Shown piece after piece: positions 10,384 to 20,734 of a stretch of 64,000 nucleotides of DNA. Position numbers and translations under genes: made by a program. The notes beneath the pieces were generated by a model, which had not been told where the DNA came from, searched no databases, and worked only from the letters and a program-made list of their open reading frames with translations. The stretch lies in NCBI GenBank assembly GCA_963836235.1, contig CAWIIP010000002.1, forward strand, positions 1,312,001 to 1,376,000, read 5' to 3'. Origin of the DNA: an uncultured Pseudomonadota bacterium. Its GTDB lineage: Bacteria > Oederibacteriota > Muellerivitia > Muellerivitales > Muellerivitaceae. How positions within the stretch are numbered: the stretch's first letter is position 1; each line of letters begins with the position of its first letter.

Positions 10384-12641
10384 TGACGCCTCGAAAACGG
10401 TCCGCCGGGGGCCCAGCCAAAGGACCGAAACCGGGGAAAAAAACTTCGTGGAAAATCACCAAGTTTCCCCCTTCAACCCTTGCACCGGTAGAAAGGCCAG
10501 CCTCCGGGCCTCAATCGATGGCTATTGAAAGCCATCCCGGCGGGGTATCCACCCAGCCCGCCTTTTGGCACGTTCCCGAAAACCTTCTTTTAACCTTCTT
10601 TTTCGCCGTCATGATGTTCCTGCCCCTGTTGGACATCCTGGCGCGCAAGCTTCACGGCCTTTTCAACTGGTTTCCCGCCGTCTTGGTCTCAGGTTCGCTT
10701 AACCTGGTCCAGCACGCCGTTTTAGCCATCATGATGTTTGGCGGCGCCATCGCGGCGCGCGAAGGTAAGCTCCTCCAGCTGGCCACCACCGCCAACATGA
10801 TTCCCCAGCGCTTCAAGGCCGCCGCCCACATTTTGACCGCGGGAATCGGCGCGGCCATCACCCTTTACCTGGTCAAGGCGGGCTTCTCCTTCGCCATGAT
10901 CGAACGAGACGTGGATTCGATCATCGCCTTGGGAATCCCCAAGTGGATTGTCCTCATGTTCCTACCGATCGGCTTTTCCATGATCCTGGTTCGGATGATC
11001 TGGCGCTCGTCCGACAAGTGGAATGAGCGGCTCATGACCCTCATGGTAGCCGGATGGCTGGCCTATCTGGCCCCCTTTATCCATAACCCCTCGGAAACTT
11101 TCATCTATATATGCTTTGGTTTGCTGATGGTGGCGGTCGTTTTTGGGATGCCCGTCTTTTTGGTCTTGGGTGGCGCGGCGCTTATCTTTTTATGGAACTC
11201 CGACACTCCCATTGATTCCATCCCCGCGGAAACTTACCGCATGGTGGTTTCGCCCACCATTCCCACCATTCCCCTCTTCACTTTGACCGGCTATTTCCTG
11301 GCCGAGGGAGGCGCTTCCGCAAGATTGTTGAGGGTTTTCCAGGCTTTCTTTGGATTGCTTCGGGGCGGCCCCGCCATCGTGACCGCTTGCGTCTGCGCTT
11401 TCTTCACCGCCTTCACGGGAGGTTCGGGGGTGACCATCCTGGCCTTGGGCGGCCTTCTGATGCCGATCCTGCTGGCGGAAAAATATAAGGAAAGGGACGC
11501 GTTGGGGCTTTTGACGTCCGCCGGCTCCCTGGGCATGCTTTTCCCCCCTAGCCTGCCCGTGATTCTTTACGGTGTGGTTTCGGGAACTTCCATCAAGGAT
11601 CTTTTCCTGGGGGGTTTTATGCCTGGGATGATTCTTTTATTTCTGACGGCCCTGTGGGGGATCATGAAGGCCTCCAGCGAAAACAGTTCCAAATATTCCC
11701 TTTTGCGCGCCTTTAAATTGTGGTTGTGTATCGGGTCCTTGGCCTTATTTTTTTCTCTCGTGGCTTTTTACGCTTGGAAACTTTTTTGGCATTTGGCCTG
11801 GATGATTTTGGCGGCCATCGGGGGCATTCAACCCGAAACCGCGACGGTAGGGCCCATCACTTTCGTCCATCTTTCCGCGATCGGCAGCACCCTGGTTTTG
11901 GTCAGCGTCCTTTATCCCCTGATCCAGAAACATGTTTTGGATCCCCTGAGTGCCAAATTGGAAATCCAAAAAGAAACTTCCGAGGCCCTGATTTCGGCCT
12001 GGGAAACCAAGTGGGAACTGGCTCTTCCCCTGGTGGTTTTTTTCTTTCTCTTCGTCATCAAGGTGACCCTGGTGGAATCGGCGGCCCTGACGGCCCTCTA
12101 TGCTTTCCTGGTGGAAGTCTTTTTTTACCGTGAGATGAAGCTGAAGGACGTTCCTAAGGTCATCACCGAATGCGGCATCCTGGTGGGAGGCGTACTTTTG
12201 ATTCTGGGGGTCTCGCTGGGGTTCACCAACGACATGGTCGACGCCCAAATTCCCTCGCAATTGGCCGCCTGGGTCCACGACACGGTCCATTCCCAATGGG
12301 TTTTCCTGCTGATGGTCAACCTCATGTTGATCGTCGTGGGAAGTCTCTTGGAAATCTTCGCCGCCATCGTGGTGGTGGTGCCGCTTCTGATGCCCATGTC
12401 CGACGCTTTCGGGGTGGACCGGGTGCATATGGGGATCATCTTCCTAGCCAACATGGAATTGGGGTTCATCGCCCCACCCTTGGGGCTTAATCTCTTTTTA
12501 TCCTCCTATCGCTTTAAGAAGCCCATGACAGAGGTCTATATGGCGGTCCTTCCCATGTATCTCATTCTTCACGGTATGGTTCTCTTGATTACCTTTTGGC
12601 CTTTTCTGACCACATGGTTGCCCAGGTTATTTTCCCAATAG
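10383..12641 (+). CDS. TRAP fused small/large permease (DctQ-M)
   Basis: DctQ N-terminus, then FTGGSGVTI, GSLGMLFPPS, PPLGLNLF DctM motifs. Confidence 0.9.
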   Translation: MTPRKRSAGGPAKGPKPGKKTSWKITKFPPSTLAPVERPASGPQSMAIESHPGGVSTQPAFWHVPENLLLTFFFAVMMFLPLLDILARKLHGLFNWFPAVLVSGSLNLVQHAVLAIMMFGGAIAAREGKLLQLATTANMIPQRFKAAAHILTAGIGAAITLYLVKAGFSFAMIERDVDSIIALGIPKWIVLMFLPIGFSMILVRMIWRSSDKWNERLMTLMVAGWLAYLAPFIHNPSETFIYICFGLLMVAVVFGMPVFLVLGGAALIFLWNSDTPIDSIPAETYRMVVSPTIPTIPLFTLTGYFLAEGGASARLLRVFQAFFGLLRGGPAIVTACVCAFFTAFTGGSGVTILALGGLLMPILLAEKYKERDALGLLTSAGSLGMLFPPSLPVILYGVVSGTSIKDLFLGGFMPGMILLFLTALWGIMKASSENSSKYSLLRAFKLWLCIGSLALFFSLVAFYAWKLFWHLAWMILAAIGGIQPETATVGPITFVHLSAIGSTLVLVSVLYPLIQKHVLDPLSAKLEIQKETSEALISAWETKWELALPLVVFFFLFVIKVTLVESAALTALYAFLVEVFFYREMKLKDVPKVITECGILVGGVLLILGVSLGFTNDMVDAQIPSQLAAWVHDTVHSQWVFLLMVNLMLIVVGSLLEIFAAIVVVVPLLMPMSDAFGVDRVHMGIIFLANMELGFIAPPLGLNLFLSSYRFKKPMTEVYMAVLPMYLILHGMVLLITFWPFLTTWLPRLFSQ

Positions 12642-12671
12642 CCAAATTTTAAAATTCAAACTTCGCCTATA

Positions 12672-14093
12672 ATGCCTTTCATGGCATCCCTCATACCCCG
12701 GCACACCGGCCTTTATACGGACTTTTACGAACTCACCATGGCGCAAGGCTATGTTCTCGCGGGCAAAGCCGAAACTCCCGCCTGCTTCGATTATTTTTTT
12801 CGGGACAGCCCTTTCCAAGGCGGCTATGTGGTTTTCGCCGGGCTCAACAGTTTTCTAGAAACCCTTGAAAGCTTCGCGTTCGGTAAGGAAGAACTGGATT
12901 ACCTGGGAGAACAGGGGTTCCAAAAGCCCTTCCTGGATTACCTAAAGACCTTCCGTTTCAAAGGGAAAATTTATTCGGTGCGGGAGGGGGAAGTGGTCTT
13001 CCCCTTGGAACCGCTGATGCGGGTGGAAGGCACCTTCCTGGAAACCCAAATTATTGAAACCCTTTTGTTGAACTTCATCAATTTCGAATCCCTGATTGCC
13101 ACTAAAGCTTCCCGGATGGTTCAGGCCGCCCGGGGCCGCAAGGTCGTGGATTTTGGCCTTCGCCGCGCCCAGGGACTGGCGGGCATCCAGGCTTCCCGTG
13201 CGGCGGCCATCGGCGGGGCGGACGCCACCTCCAATGTTTATTCCTCCTTTGTGTACGGCCTCTCTCCTTCGGGTACCCAGGCCCATTCCTGGATTCAAAG
13301 CTTTCCCGATGAGCTCACGGCTTTTCGGAAGTTCGTGGAAATTTATCCCGAACGCAGCACTCTATTAGTGGATACCTACAACACGATGAAAAGCGGCATC
13401 CCCAACGCCATGATTGTGGCCAAAGAGATGGAAGAAAAGGGCCACCGCCTGGCGGGCATTCGCTTGGATTCGGGCGACCTGGCCTACCTGAGCAAGAAGG
13501 CCCGGGAAATGCTGGATCTGGCGGACCTCCATTACGTGAAGATCGTGGCCTCCAACCAGTTGGACGAGAAAATCGTCAAGAGCCTTTTGGACCAGGGCGC
13601 GCCCATCAATGTTTTTGGCATCGGCACTAGCCTGCTGACCGGCCAGGACAATCCAGCCCTGGATGGAGTTTATAAACTTTCCACCTTTGATGGAGAACCC
13701 TGCCTCAAGATCTCGGAAAATCTGGCGAAGTCTTCCCTGCCGGGGGTAAAAAAAATCGTCCGCTATACCGACCCCGACGGGTTCTTTTACGCCGATGGCA
13801 TCTTATTGGAAGAAGAAAAAGCCGCTGAATTCATCTTTCACCCCCTTTTTCCCGAACAAAAAAGCCGGGTCGCCCACTGTTTTCCAGAAGGGATTCTTTT
13901 TAAAGTGATGGATGGTGGAAAACCGCTGATAAACCAGACCGTGAAGGAAGCGGCGGCCTACGCGAAGGAACGTCTGGCCAAGCTTTCTCCGGAACGAAAA
14001 CGGTTTGAGAATCCCCATACCTATAAAGTTGGAACCAGTCAAAAGCTGATGGATTTGCGAACCAAGCTGATTCATCGGCACGACCAGCCATAA
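12672..14093 (+). CDS. pncB: Nicotinate phosphoribosyltransferase
   Basis: TDFYELTM, DFGLRRAQG, GTQAHSW, LVDTY, IRLDSGD. Confidence 0.95.
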   Translation: MPFMASLIPRHTGLYTDFYELTMAQGYVLAGKAETPACFDYFFRDSPFQGGYVVFAGLNSFLETLESFAFGKEELDYLGEQGFQKPFLDYLKTFRFKGKIYSVREGEVVFPLEPLMRVEGTFLETQIIETLLLNFINFESLIATKASRMVQAARGRKVVDFGLRRAQGLAGIQASRAAAIGGADATSNVYSSFVYGLSPSGTQAHSWIQSFPDELTAFRKFVEIYPERSTLLVDTYNTMKSGIPNAMIVAKEMEEKGHRLAGIRLDSGDLAYLSKKAREMLDLADLHYVKIVASNQLDEKIVKSLLDQGAPINVFGIGTSLLTGQDNPALDGVYKLSTFDGEPCLKISENLAKSSLPGVKKIVRYTDPDGFFYADGILLEEEKAAEFIFHPLFPEQKSRVAHCFPEGILFKVMDGGKPLINQTVKEAAAYAKERLAKLSPERKRFENPHTYKVGTSQKLMDLRTKLIHRHDQP

Positions 14094-14216
14094 AACTCTA
14101 GTCCATAAACCTTGACTTGAAACAGCTTAAAATTCCGGCCAATGGCCGGTTTAACCGTCTGAGCCGTAAAATAGGATAAGCCTACTAGTGGCATAATGAT
14201 GAAAGAGGTGGAATTC

Positions 14217-14765
14217 ATGAAGGCTTTATTGATCGTTGACGTCCAAAATGATTTTTGTCCCGGTGGAACCTTGGCTGTGCCCGAGGGAGACACGGTTATT
14301 CCCGTGATTAATGCCCTCATGGGCGCCTTCCCTTTGGTCATCGCCTCGAAAGACTGGCACCCGAAAGATTCGGTCCACTTCAAAAAATGGCCGCCCCACT
14401 GTGTGCAAAACACTCCGGGCGCGGATTTTCATCCCAACCTGAATACCTCGAAGATCAACAAGATTTTCCTTAAGGGAACCCTCAACAAGGACGACGGCTA
14501 TTCAGCCTTTGAGGCCACCAGCGGCAATTTGGGCCAATTTCTAAAAAAGGAAAAAGTGGAGGATCTTTATATCGTGGGGTTGGCCACCGACTACTGCGTG
14601 AAGGCCACCGCCCTGGACGCGGATAAAAACGGCTTGGAGACCTTCGTAGTGGAGGACGCCGTGGCGGCCGTCAACGTGAAACCCGGCGACGGGGAAAAAG
14701 CGTTAAAGGCCATGGCCCACGCGGGCATCACCCTGATCAACTCCTCGGAAATACTCCCCCAATAA
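14217..14765 (+). CDS. pncA: Nicotinamidase/pyrazinamidase
   Basis: VDVQNDFCPGG, DWHP, WPPHC, GLATDYCV. Confidence 0.93.
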   Translation: MKALLIVDVQNDFCPGGTLAVPEGDTVIPVINALMGAFPLVIASKDWHPKDSVHFKKWPPHCVQNTPGADFHPNLNTSKINKIFLKGTLNKDDGYSAFEATSGNLGQFLKKEKVEDLYIVGLATDYCVKATALDADKNGLETFVVEDAVAAVNVKPGDGEKALKAMAHAGITLINSSEILPQ

Positions 14766-14819
14766 AAAGCCCCCCGGATATGATCGCGGGAGGCTTCTCG
14801 GTTTTTAAAAACTAAAGTG

Positions 14820-15209
14820 TTATTGGGCAGCTTTTGGCTGGTCGGCTAAAACCAAATAATTCAATCCACCCTTGCTGATAGTCGTTCCCGTGACGGTCAC
14901 CATCGCACCACCCTGGGAAGCGAACTGGTCGCGAACCGAATGATAGTTGGAGTCGACCGGGATATAGAGTTTACCCTTATACATAAGGGCCAATTCACCA
15001 CCGCCGCTGATACACTTGGCGGCGCAGGCTTGGTGTTTTTCACCGGTGGCTTTCATGCCGTCCTTCATATAGCAACCCACGTCCACGACCTCGCATTTCA
15101 TGGCTTTACCCATGTCTTTTGGAGCCGCCGCCATATCCATGTCGGCAAACGCTTGGCCGACCAGGAAACTCAGAACCATCACCGGAACCAGAAACATCCA
15201 TTTTTTCAT
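14820..15209 (-). CDS. Secreted Cys-containing hypothetical protein
   Basis: GGAGG RBS, signal peptide, VVDVGCY and HQACAAKC motifs. Confidence 0.7.
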   Translation of the reverse strand: MKKWMFLVPVMVLSFLVGQAFADMDMAAAPKDMGKAMKCEVVDVGCYMKDGMKATGEKHQACAAKCISGGGELALMYKGKLYIPVDSNYHSVRDQFASQGGAMVTVTGTTISKGGLNYLVLADQPKAAQ

Positions 15210-15366
15210 AACAACCTCCAAAATAAATTCCCATCTCCAATCCCCAAAGGGACATGGGTAAATACGATCAGGGGACAGCTAGAGTTACATTCCCAAGCTT
15301 TTTTTGCAAGTACCCCCTTTTAAAAATGAACTGAAAGGAAAGCCTTCAAACCGCTTCGATTGGGCT

Positions 15367-15621
15367 TTATTTATCCTTTAAATCCAAAGTGACATCACTG
15401 TTACCAATACCAGTTTCCAGCTTGGCTTCACTTTTATCGCCGCCCTTGGAGCCTTTCTTTTTCTTGCCTTTTTTCTTTTTGGAGTGTTTTTTACCGGAAT
15501 GATGTTTGGAGGAGGAACCGGCAGCATCGGATGATTCACGAGCGGCCCAGGCCGTCCCACCGGCTAAAAAAAGTAGCGCCATGGTAATGGAAATAAGCTT
15601 TTTCAAGCCCAACCTCCTCAT
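15367..15621 (-). CDS. Small secreted Lys-rich protein
   Basis: Signal peptide (AWA), poly-Lys tract. Confidence 0.55.
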   Translation of the reverse strand: MRRLGLKKLISITMALLFLAGGTAWAARESSDAAGSSSKHHSGKKHSKKKKGKKKKGSKGGDKSEAKLETGIGNSDVTLDLKDK

Positions 15622-15684
15622 TTGACGATCGATGGGCTATTGTACAATTCCCGGCAGGACTTCGTCTACAGTGGGACCCGGCCG

Positions 15685-16002
15685 TTACTTTTCCTCGTAA
15701 GTCCACTGCCAGAAATCGTCGCCCCTTGGATGTTTTTTCCGGGCGAGGGTTCTCACCTCGGACTTAAAGGATTGGACGACCCGGCGCAGGTCCTCGTCCA
15801 GGTGTTGAAAGTCCAGTGTCATTTCCACCCGATCGGGATGGATTTCATGGGCGACGATATGAAGGCCCGGATAGCGATAGGGAAGGTTTCGTAAGGCCAC
15901 TTGGGCGAACCCCCGCGCCTCTCCCTCCAGCAGGGGCTGGCGATGGGTGGTGTAAAGAACGACATCGTGCAACGCGTCGGGGTCTCCGGGAAGTCTTTCC
16001 AT
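15685..16002 (-). CDS. Degenerate Y1/REP-associated transposase-like small protein
   Basis: VVLYTTHRQPLL, IHPDRVEM at the MPDHVH position, VQSFKS, FWQ. Confidence 0.5.
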   Translation of the reverse strand: MERLPGDPDALHDVVLYTTHRQPLLEGEARGFAQVALRNLPYRYPGLHIVAHEIHPDRVEMTLDFQHLDEDLRRVVQSFKSEVRTLARKKHPRGDDFWQWTYEEK

Positions 16003-16006
16003 GCTT

Positions 16007-16957
16007 TCAGCGGACCCCGACTTTTTGGGCGTAGCTGTCGTCGAAGAGCTCCTGAATGTCGAAATCCTTCCGGATCACGCGGTTGGCCAGCAAAAAGTTC
16101 TTAATGTCCCCCATGGCCTTTTCATCGCCCGCCGTCAGCCGGAGGGACCAATCGAAACCCTTCAGACTCTCAGCCAGGACGGAGGCTGGAAACTGGCTGT
16201 CCTTCGACAGAAGCGCGAGGATTTCCTTCGGGTGCCGCTTCATGTAGTCATTGGTCTTTTGGGTGGCTCTCAGGAAGCTTTCCACCAGGGCCGGGTTCTC
16301 CTGGGCGAACCCGGTTCGCACCGCGTAAAGGCTCAAGCTCCCGGACACGTGGGAGGAGTCGGCGACCACCCGGGCCTTGCCAGCCTGTTCCAGCTGCGTG
16401 CGGTAAGGCATCCAAAGGATAATGGCGTCCACCGCCCCGCTTTCCAGCGCCGGACCCTGGTCCGGCCCCGCTAGGTTGACCAGTTGGACGTCCTTGAGGG
16501 AAAGTCCAGCTTGGGCCAAAAGCTGCCCCAAAAAGAAATGCACGCTCGACCCCACCTGGGCGGCCACTTTCTTCCCCTTCAGATCCGCGATCGAATGAAT
16601 GGGCGAATCGGGACGCACCAAAAGCGCGTTGGTGGCGGGGTTGAAGGCCGCCTTGGCGATGACTTTCAGGTCGATTCCCCCGGCTTTTGCCACCAAGGGC
16701 GGCATATTGCCGACGGCTAGAATATCCACCCGGTCCCCCGCGGCGGCCTCAATCATGACCGGCCCTGAAAGGAAGGATTGCCACTCCACCTTGGCCCCTT
16801 CTTTGAGGAATTCCTTGTCGTAAAAACCCTTGGCTTTCCCCACCCAAAGCACGCTGCTGGAAGGCTGATAACCAATTCGTACGGTTTTTTCCTCCTGGGC
16901 CCGAAGCTGGGAAAAAACGAGTATGAGGGTGAAAGCCGTTAGTAACCTATTTTTCAT
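16007..16957 (-). CDS. Aliphatic sulfonate-type ABC substrate-binding protein (SsuA-like)
   Basis: VRIGYQ, DLKGKKVA, NMT1/SsuA pattern. Confidence 0.85.
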   Translation of the reverse strand: MKNRLLTAFTLILVFSQLRAQEEKTVRIGYQPSSSVLWVGKAKGFYDKEFLKEGAKVEWQSFLSGPVMIEAAAGDRVDILAVGNMPPLVAKAGGIDLKVIAKAAFNPATNALLVRPDSPIHSIADLKGKKVAAQVGSSVHFFLGQLLAQAGLSLKDVQLVNLAGPDQGPALESGAVDAIILWMPYRTQLEQAGKARVVADSSHVSGSLSLYAVRTGFAQENPALVESFLRATQKTNDYMKRHPKEILALLSKDSQFPASVLAESLKGFDWSLRLTAGDEKAMGDIKNFLLANRVIRKDFDIQELFDDSYAQKVGVR

Positions 16958-16980
16958 TTCGGTTTCCTTTTCGAATTTTT

Positions 16981-17736
16981 CTACCGCTTATGGAAAAACT
17001 CATTGTAGATTTTCCGGCGGATTTTAACAAAGGGGGTGACGCTTCGGTCCCGGGGACGGGTCAGGGGAACGGGAATGATTTTTTTGATCGTGCCAGGCCG
17101 GGGGGACATCACCGCTACCCGGTCCCCTAGGTACACCGCTTCCTCCATATCATGGGTTACCAGGATCACGGTAGTCTTTTGGGCCCGCCAAATCCTCAGA
17201 ATTTCCTCCTGCATTTGGATGCGGGTCAGGGCGTCCAACGCCCCGAAGGGCTCGTCCAAAAGAAGCACCCGGGGCTGTCCCACCAGGGCCCGCGCGATGG
17301 CCGCCCGCTGCTGCATCCCGCCGGATAATTGCCGGGGATATGCCTTCTCAAAACCCGACAGGCCCACCAGCCGCAGGTGGCTTTCCACGGTTTCGCGGAT
17401 TTCTGCGAGCGAAAAATTCCGGGGACAGCCGAAAGCCACATTTTCTTCCGCCGTCATCCAGGGAAAAAGCCTCGATTCCTGGAAAACCATCCCCCGGTCC
17501 AAGCCGGGCTTTTCAACAGGCTTTCCATCTAAAAGGATTTCTCCGCCGTCGGCTTTTTCTAATCCGCCGATCAACCGGAGCAGGGTGGATTTGCCACAAC
17601 CGCTGGCTCCCACCAAAGTTACGAATTCCCCCGGCTTCACCTTCAGTTGAATGTCGGATAAAACAGGCAGTTCGCCCGTGGAAAGGTTGTAGCCTTTATA
17701 AATGTTTCGGATGATGAGGGAGGCGCCTGGGGTCAT
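16981..17736 (-). CDS. ABC ATPase (SsuB/TauB-like)
   Basis: GASGCGKST, LSGGMQQR, LLLDEPFGALD. Confidence 0.92.
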   Translation of the reverse strand: MTPGASLIIRNIYKGYNLSTGELPVLSDIQLKVKPGEFVTLVGASGCGKSTLLRLIGGLEKADGGEILLDGKPVEKPGLDRGMVFQESRLFPWMTAEENVAFGCPRNFSLAEIRETVESHLRLVGLSGFEKAYPRQLSGGMQQRAAIARALVGQPRVLLLDEPFGALDALTRIQMQEEILRIWRAQKTTVILVTHDMEEAVYLGDRVAVMSPRPGTIKKIIPVPLTRPRDRSVTPFVKIRRKIYNEFFHKR

Positions 17737-17743
17737 GGGCCGC

Positions 17744-18526
17744 TTACCTCTCGTTCCATTTCAAAAGGCGGCGCTCCGCCCAAAGAATGAGAAAGTCGAT
17801 CAGGAGGCCGGTCAGTCCGATGGCCGCCACCCCCACCAGCATCACGTCGGGTTGGGATACTTCCCGGGCGTACATGATCATGTAGCCGATGCCGGAAGAG
17901 GCCGCGATCAGCTCCGCCCCCACCACCGAGGCCCAGGCGATCCCCATGCCCACGCGAAGCCCGGTGAAGAGCGACGGCAGGGCCGAGGGCAGGATGACCC
18001 GGGTTAAGAGTGTCCACCGGTCCTTCTCCAATACCTGGGCCACTTCTAGGTAACGGGGGTCGGTGCCGCGAACGCCTTGGATCACGTTCAAAAGCACTGG
18101 CCAAAAGCTTCCGACCGCGATCACAACCACTTTGGAGCCTTCCCCGATTCCCAGCCAAAGGATGAGCGCGGGAATCCAGGCGATAGTGGGAATAGGCCGG
18201 AGCAGGCCCGTTAAAAGGGAGAGCGCCCGTTCCATCCTGGGCGAAAGCCCCATGGCCAGGCCCAGGACAATCCCCAGCCCCGCGCCCAGCGCAAACCCCT
18301 CCAAGACCCGCAAAAAACTGATTTTCAAGTTGCCCCATAGCTCACCCGAAGCCGTCAGTTCGATCAGTGTTTTCCCAATGACCAGTGGCGAAGGCAGGTA
18401 AGAGGACTTAAAGTCCCCCCGTTCGCTCAAAATTTGCCAAAGAAAGAGGCCGGCAACCGGCACCACGAGGGGCAGAATGAGCCTGTTGAGAAATAATTTT
18501 TTCGGGGGTTTTTCGGGAAAGGTCAT
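17744..18526 (-). CDS. ABC permease (SsuC-like)
   Basis: LPSP, RPIPTIAWIP, AELIAASSGIGY. Confidence 0.9.
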   Translation of the reverse strand: MTFPEKPPKKLFLNRLILPLVVPVAGLFLWQILSERGDFKSSYLPSPLVIGKTLIELTASGELWGNLKISFLRVLEGFALGAGLGIVLGLAMGLSPRMERALSLLTGLLRPIPTIAWIPALILWLGIGEGSKVVVIAVGSFWPVLLNVIQGVRGTDPRYLEVAQVLEKDRWTLLTRVILPSALPSLFTGLRVGMGIAWASVVGAELIAASSGIGYMIMYAREVSQPDVMLVGVAAIGLTGLLIDFLILWAERRLLKWNER

Positions 18527-18567
18527 GGGCTATTGTTCAATGGCATGGACGCTAGGTCAAGAAGGAC

Positions 18568-20703
18568 TTAAATTTCATCCGATTCAGGGATTTTATTTGT
18601 TCCATGCGGTGTTGAACCATCCCGAACTTTGTAAACCACTTCATCATCGGTTAAGAATACCGGTTCCAGGTCAGTTTGAATGAATTCTTCGAGAATCTTC
18701 CACTCTTTAGGGGTTAACTTTTCCTCCGGGGGCAGCCAGGATTCACTTTCCACCGGGCCATTCCGGGGGGCCACCACGTAATCCACTCCCCATTGCTTGA
18801 GCCGCTTCGCGATGCCCCCTGGATTGCCGTACTGGCGGACGAACTCGTGAAACGGATAAGGATCGAAAGCCATGTTCGAGCAAAAGGGGCGTTCCATGTA
18901 ATAACCCCTCGCGTCGGAGGTTAATAATATTTTGGAATCCGCTTCCGTGTTAGCCCTGATCCAAGAAGCCCATTTAAAATTATCAGCTGAAATCATACGG
19001 CCTAGGTATTCCGTCCGGGTTTCCTGGCCCCCCCAAATTCCCCCACAGGAAAAATAATGGGAACTAATGCCACATAGAAATGGCAGGGAAAGAAGCGCCG
19101 ACATCACCCCGAACAAAGCCAAGGCCTTCCCACCTAGTCCTTGATGAAGCGGCTGCCAACCACAAGCCAAAACCAGGCAAAGCCCCACAAAAAGCGGAAT
19201 GTGAAACCGGGGGATTTGAATGAGGAAAAACCCAATTAAAGAATAGGCCGCCAGGATCTTGAGTAAGATTTTTAAAGATAGATTTGCCGGACGGGCCGCA
19301 ATGAGAAGCGGTAGGGTGGCCAAAAAACAGGGGCCCAAAAAGTTGAAGAAACTGACGGGAGGCATGGTTAGGTTCCAAGGCACTTTCCACCAAGTTCCCA
19401 AGGCGTAAGGATAGTCCTTACTGAACTCGACCATTTCTTTGGCATGAAACTGGGAAACCAAACGTTGTCCGAACCATTCGTTCAGGCAGGGATAAACCGG
19501 ATTACCGGTCCAGCAGATGTTCCTGATCATCCAGGGACCCAATACTGCCAGGACAAGCGGAATTGCAATGGATACCAGTTTGAAGAATGGGATTTTCCGC
19601 CATCCGGAAACCATCCCTTGCCATACAAACCCCAATCCCAGCGCCAAGAGAATAATAAGACCGGTGTATTTAATGGAGAGTATCATTCCTCCAAAGATGG
19701 CGCTGGGGACTATCCATCGGATGGACGATTCCGCCATTTCCGATTCCCCAAGCCGCAGAGAACCATAAAGCGTCAACAAGGTGTAAAAAGCCAATAGACC
19801 TTCTACTTGAGTGGTCCACACATTAATCACGAGCATAGGGAAGGTGGAAACAAGCCCCATGGCAAGCCAAGCGGCCTCTTGTCCCGCAATCTCCAGGGCC
19901 CAGCCTCCGGAAAAGAGGATGATCATCAGGAAAACCCACGCGTGCAGCAGTTTGGAAACTTCGCCGCTTTTAAGAATGACGCCGTTCAGGAAATAAAGTT
20001 CCCCGGCGAACGGAAAAGTAATGAAGGAATTGGTTGGCATATCGGCGATCCCATGCCGGGCCATCCAATTGGCCAGGAAGCCCAGATGGTAGACCAAGGA
20101 ATCGGTCCATATTTCCGGGGCCAACCCATGACCGAATGAAAATAGAATGAAAAGAACGGCCAAAACCGCCAGACAACGGCAGAAAAACCCACTGGGTGGG
20201 GGAATGTCAGCATGAAGCCGTTGAATTATTTTTCTCCGGTCTTTTAACAGGTCCACCAAGGCCCAAAGAGCCAAAAGCACGAGCAGGGACACCAGCAGAA
20301 GCCGGACCCACAGGTTCAAAAACCCCAGCGCCAACCATACTTGACCGATCCCCACGACACCTAGGCCGAATTCCATGGGAGTTTTTATAAGTATGTTTCC
20401 GCTCACCAGTCCTATCAATTTCCCCATCCATCGCCCGGCTCTCCAAAAGGAGAGAACCAATAAAAAGGAAGCGAAAAAAGCCACGAGGGATTCAGACCAA
20501 ATGCCAAAGGCAAGGCCCGGTTGCCAAGGATGAGTGGAACCTGTTTTAAAAGCGGAAAGAGCGAGCCAAATCGGATTTTTTATTTTTCTTGAATATTCCA
20601 AGAGAACGAACAAAGCCCAGATTCCAGAAAGCGCCAACAGCCATTTTTCGTGGAATTTTTTTAAAAAACGCTCGAGCATTTTGATTCCTAACCACGAGCC
20701 CAT
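18568..20703 (-). CDS. Polytopic membrane protein, probable GT-C (ArnT/PMT-like) glycosyltransferase
   Basis: DSLVYH, KYTG, PW..RN...TGNPVYP motifs; many TMs. Confidence 0.7.
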   Translation of the reverse strand: MGSWLGIKMLERFLKKFHEKWLLALSGIWALFVLLEYSRKIKNPIWLALSAFKTGSTHPWQPGLAFGIWSESLVAFFASFLLVLSFWRAGRWMGKLIGLVSGNILIKTPMEFGLGVVGIGQVWLALGFLNLWVRLLLVSLLVLLALWALVDLLKDRRKIIQRLHADIPPPSGFFCRCLAVLAVLFILFSFGHGLAPEIWTDSLVYHLGFLANWMARHGIADMPTNSFITFPFAGELYFLNGVILKSGEVSKLLHAWVFLMIILFSGGWALEIAGQEAAWLAMGLVSTFPMLVINVWTTQVEGLLAFYTLLTLYGSLRLGESEMAESSIRWIVPSAIFGGMILSIKYTGLIILLALGLGFVWQGMVSGWRKIPFFKLVSIAIPLVLAVLGPWMIRNICWTGNPVYPCLNEWFGQRLVSQFHAKEMVEFSKDYPYALGTWWKVPWNLTMPPVSFFNFLGPCFLATLPLLIAARPANLSLKILLKILAAYSLIGFFLIQIPRFHIPLFVGLCLVLACGWQPLHQGLGGKALALFGVMSALLSLPFLCGISSHYFSCGGIWGGQETRTEYLGRMISADNFKWASWIRANTEADSKILLTSDARGYYMERPFCSNMAFDPYPFHEFVRQYGNPGGIAKRLKQWGVDYVVAPRNGPVESESWLPPEEKLTPKEWKILEEFIQTDLEPVFLTDDEVVYKVRDGSTPHGTNKIPESDEI

Positions 20704-20734
20704 GACAGCGACTTAAAGAGAAGCCTTTCCCTGT

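Noticed and set aside
17733-18338. 201-aa alternative-frame ORF
   Set aside because: Lies within the clear ABC permease on the same strand in another frame
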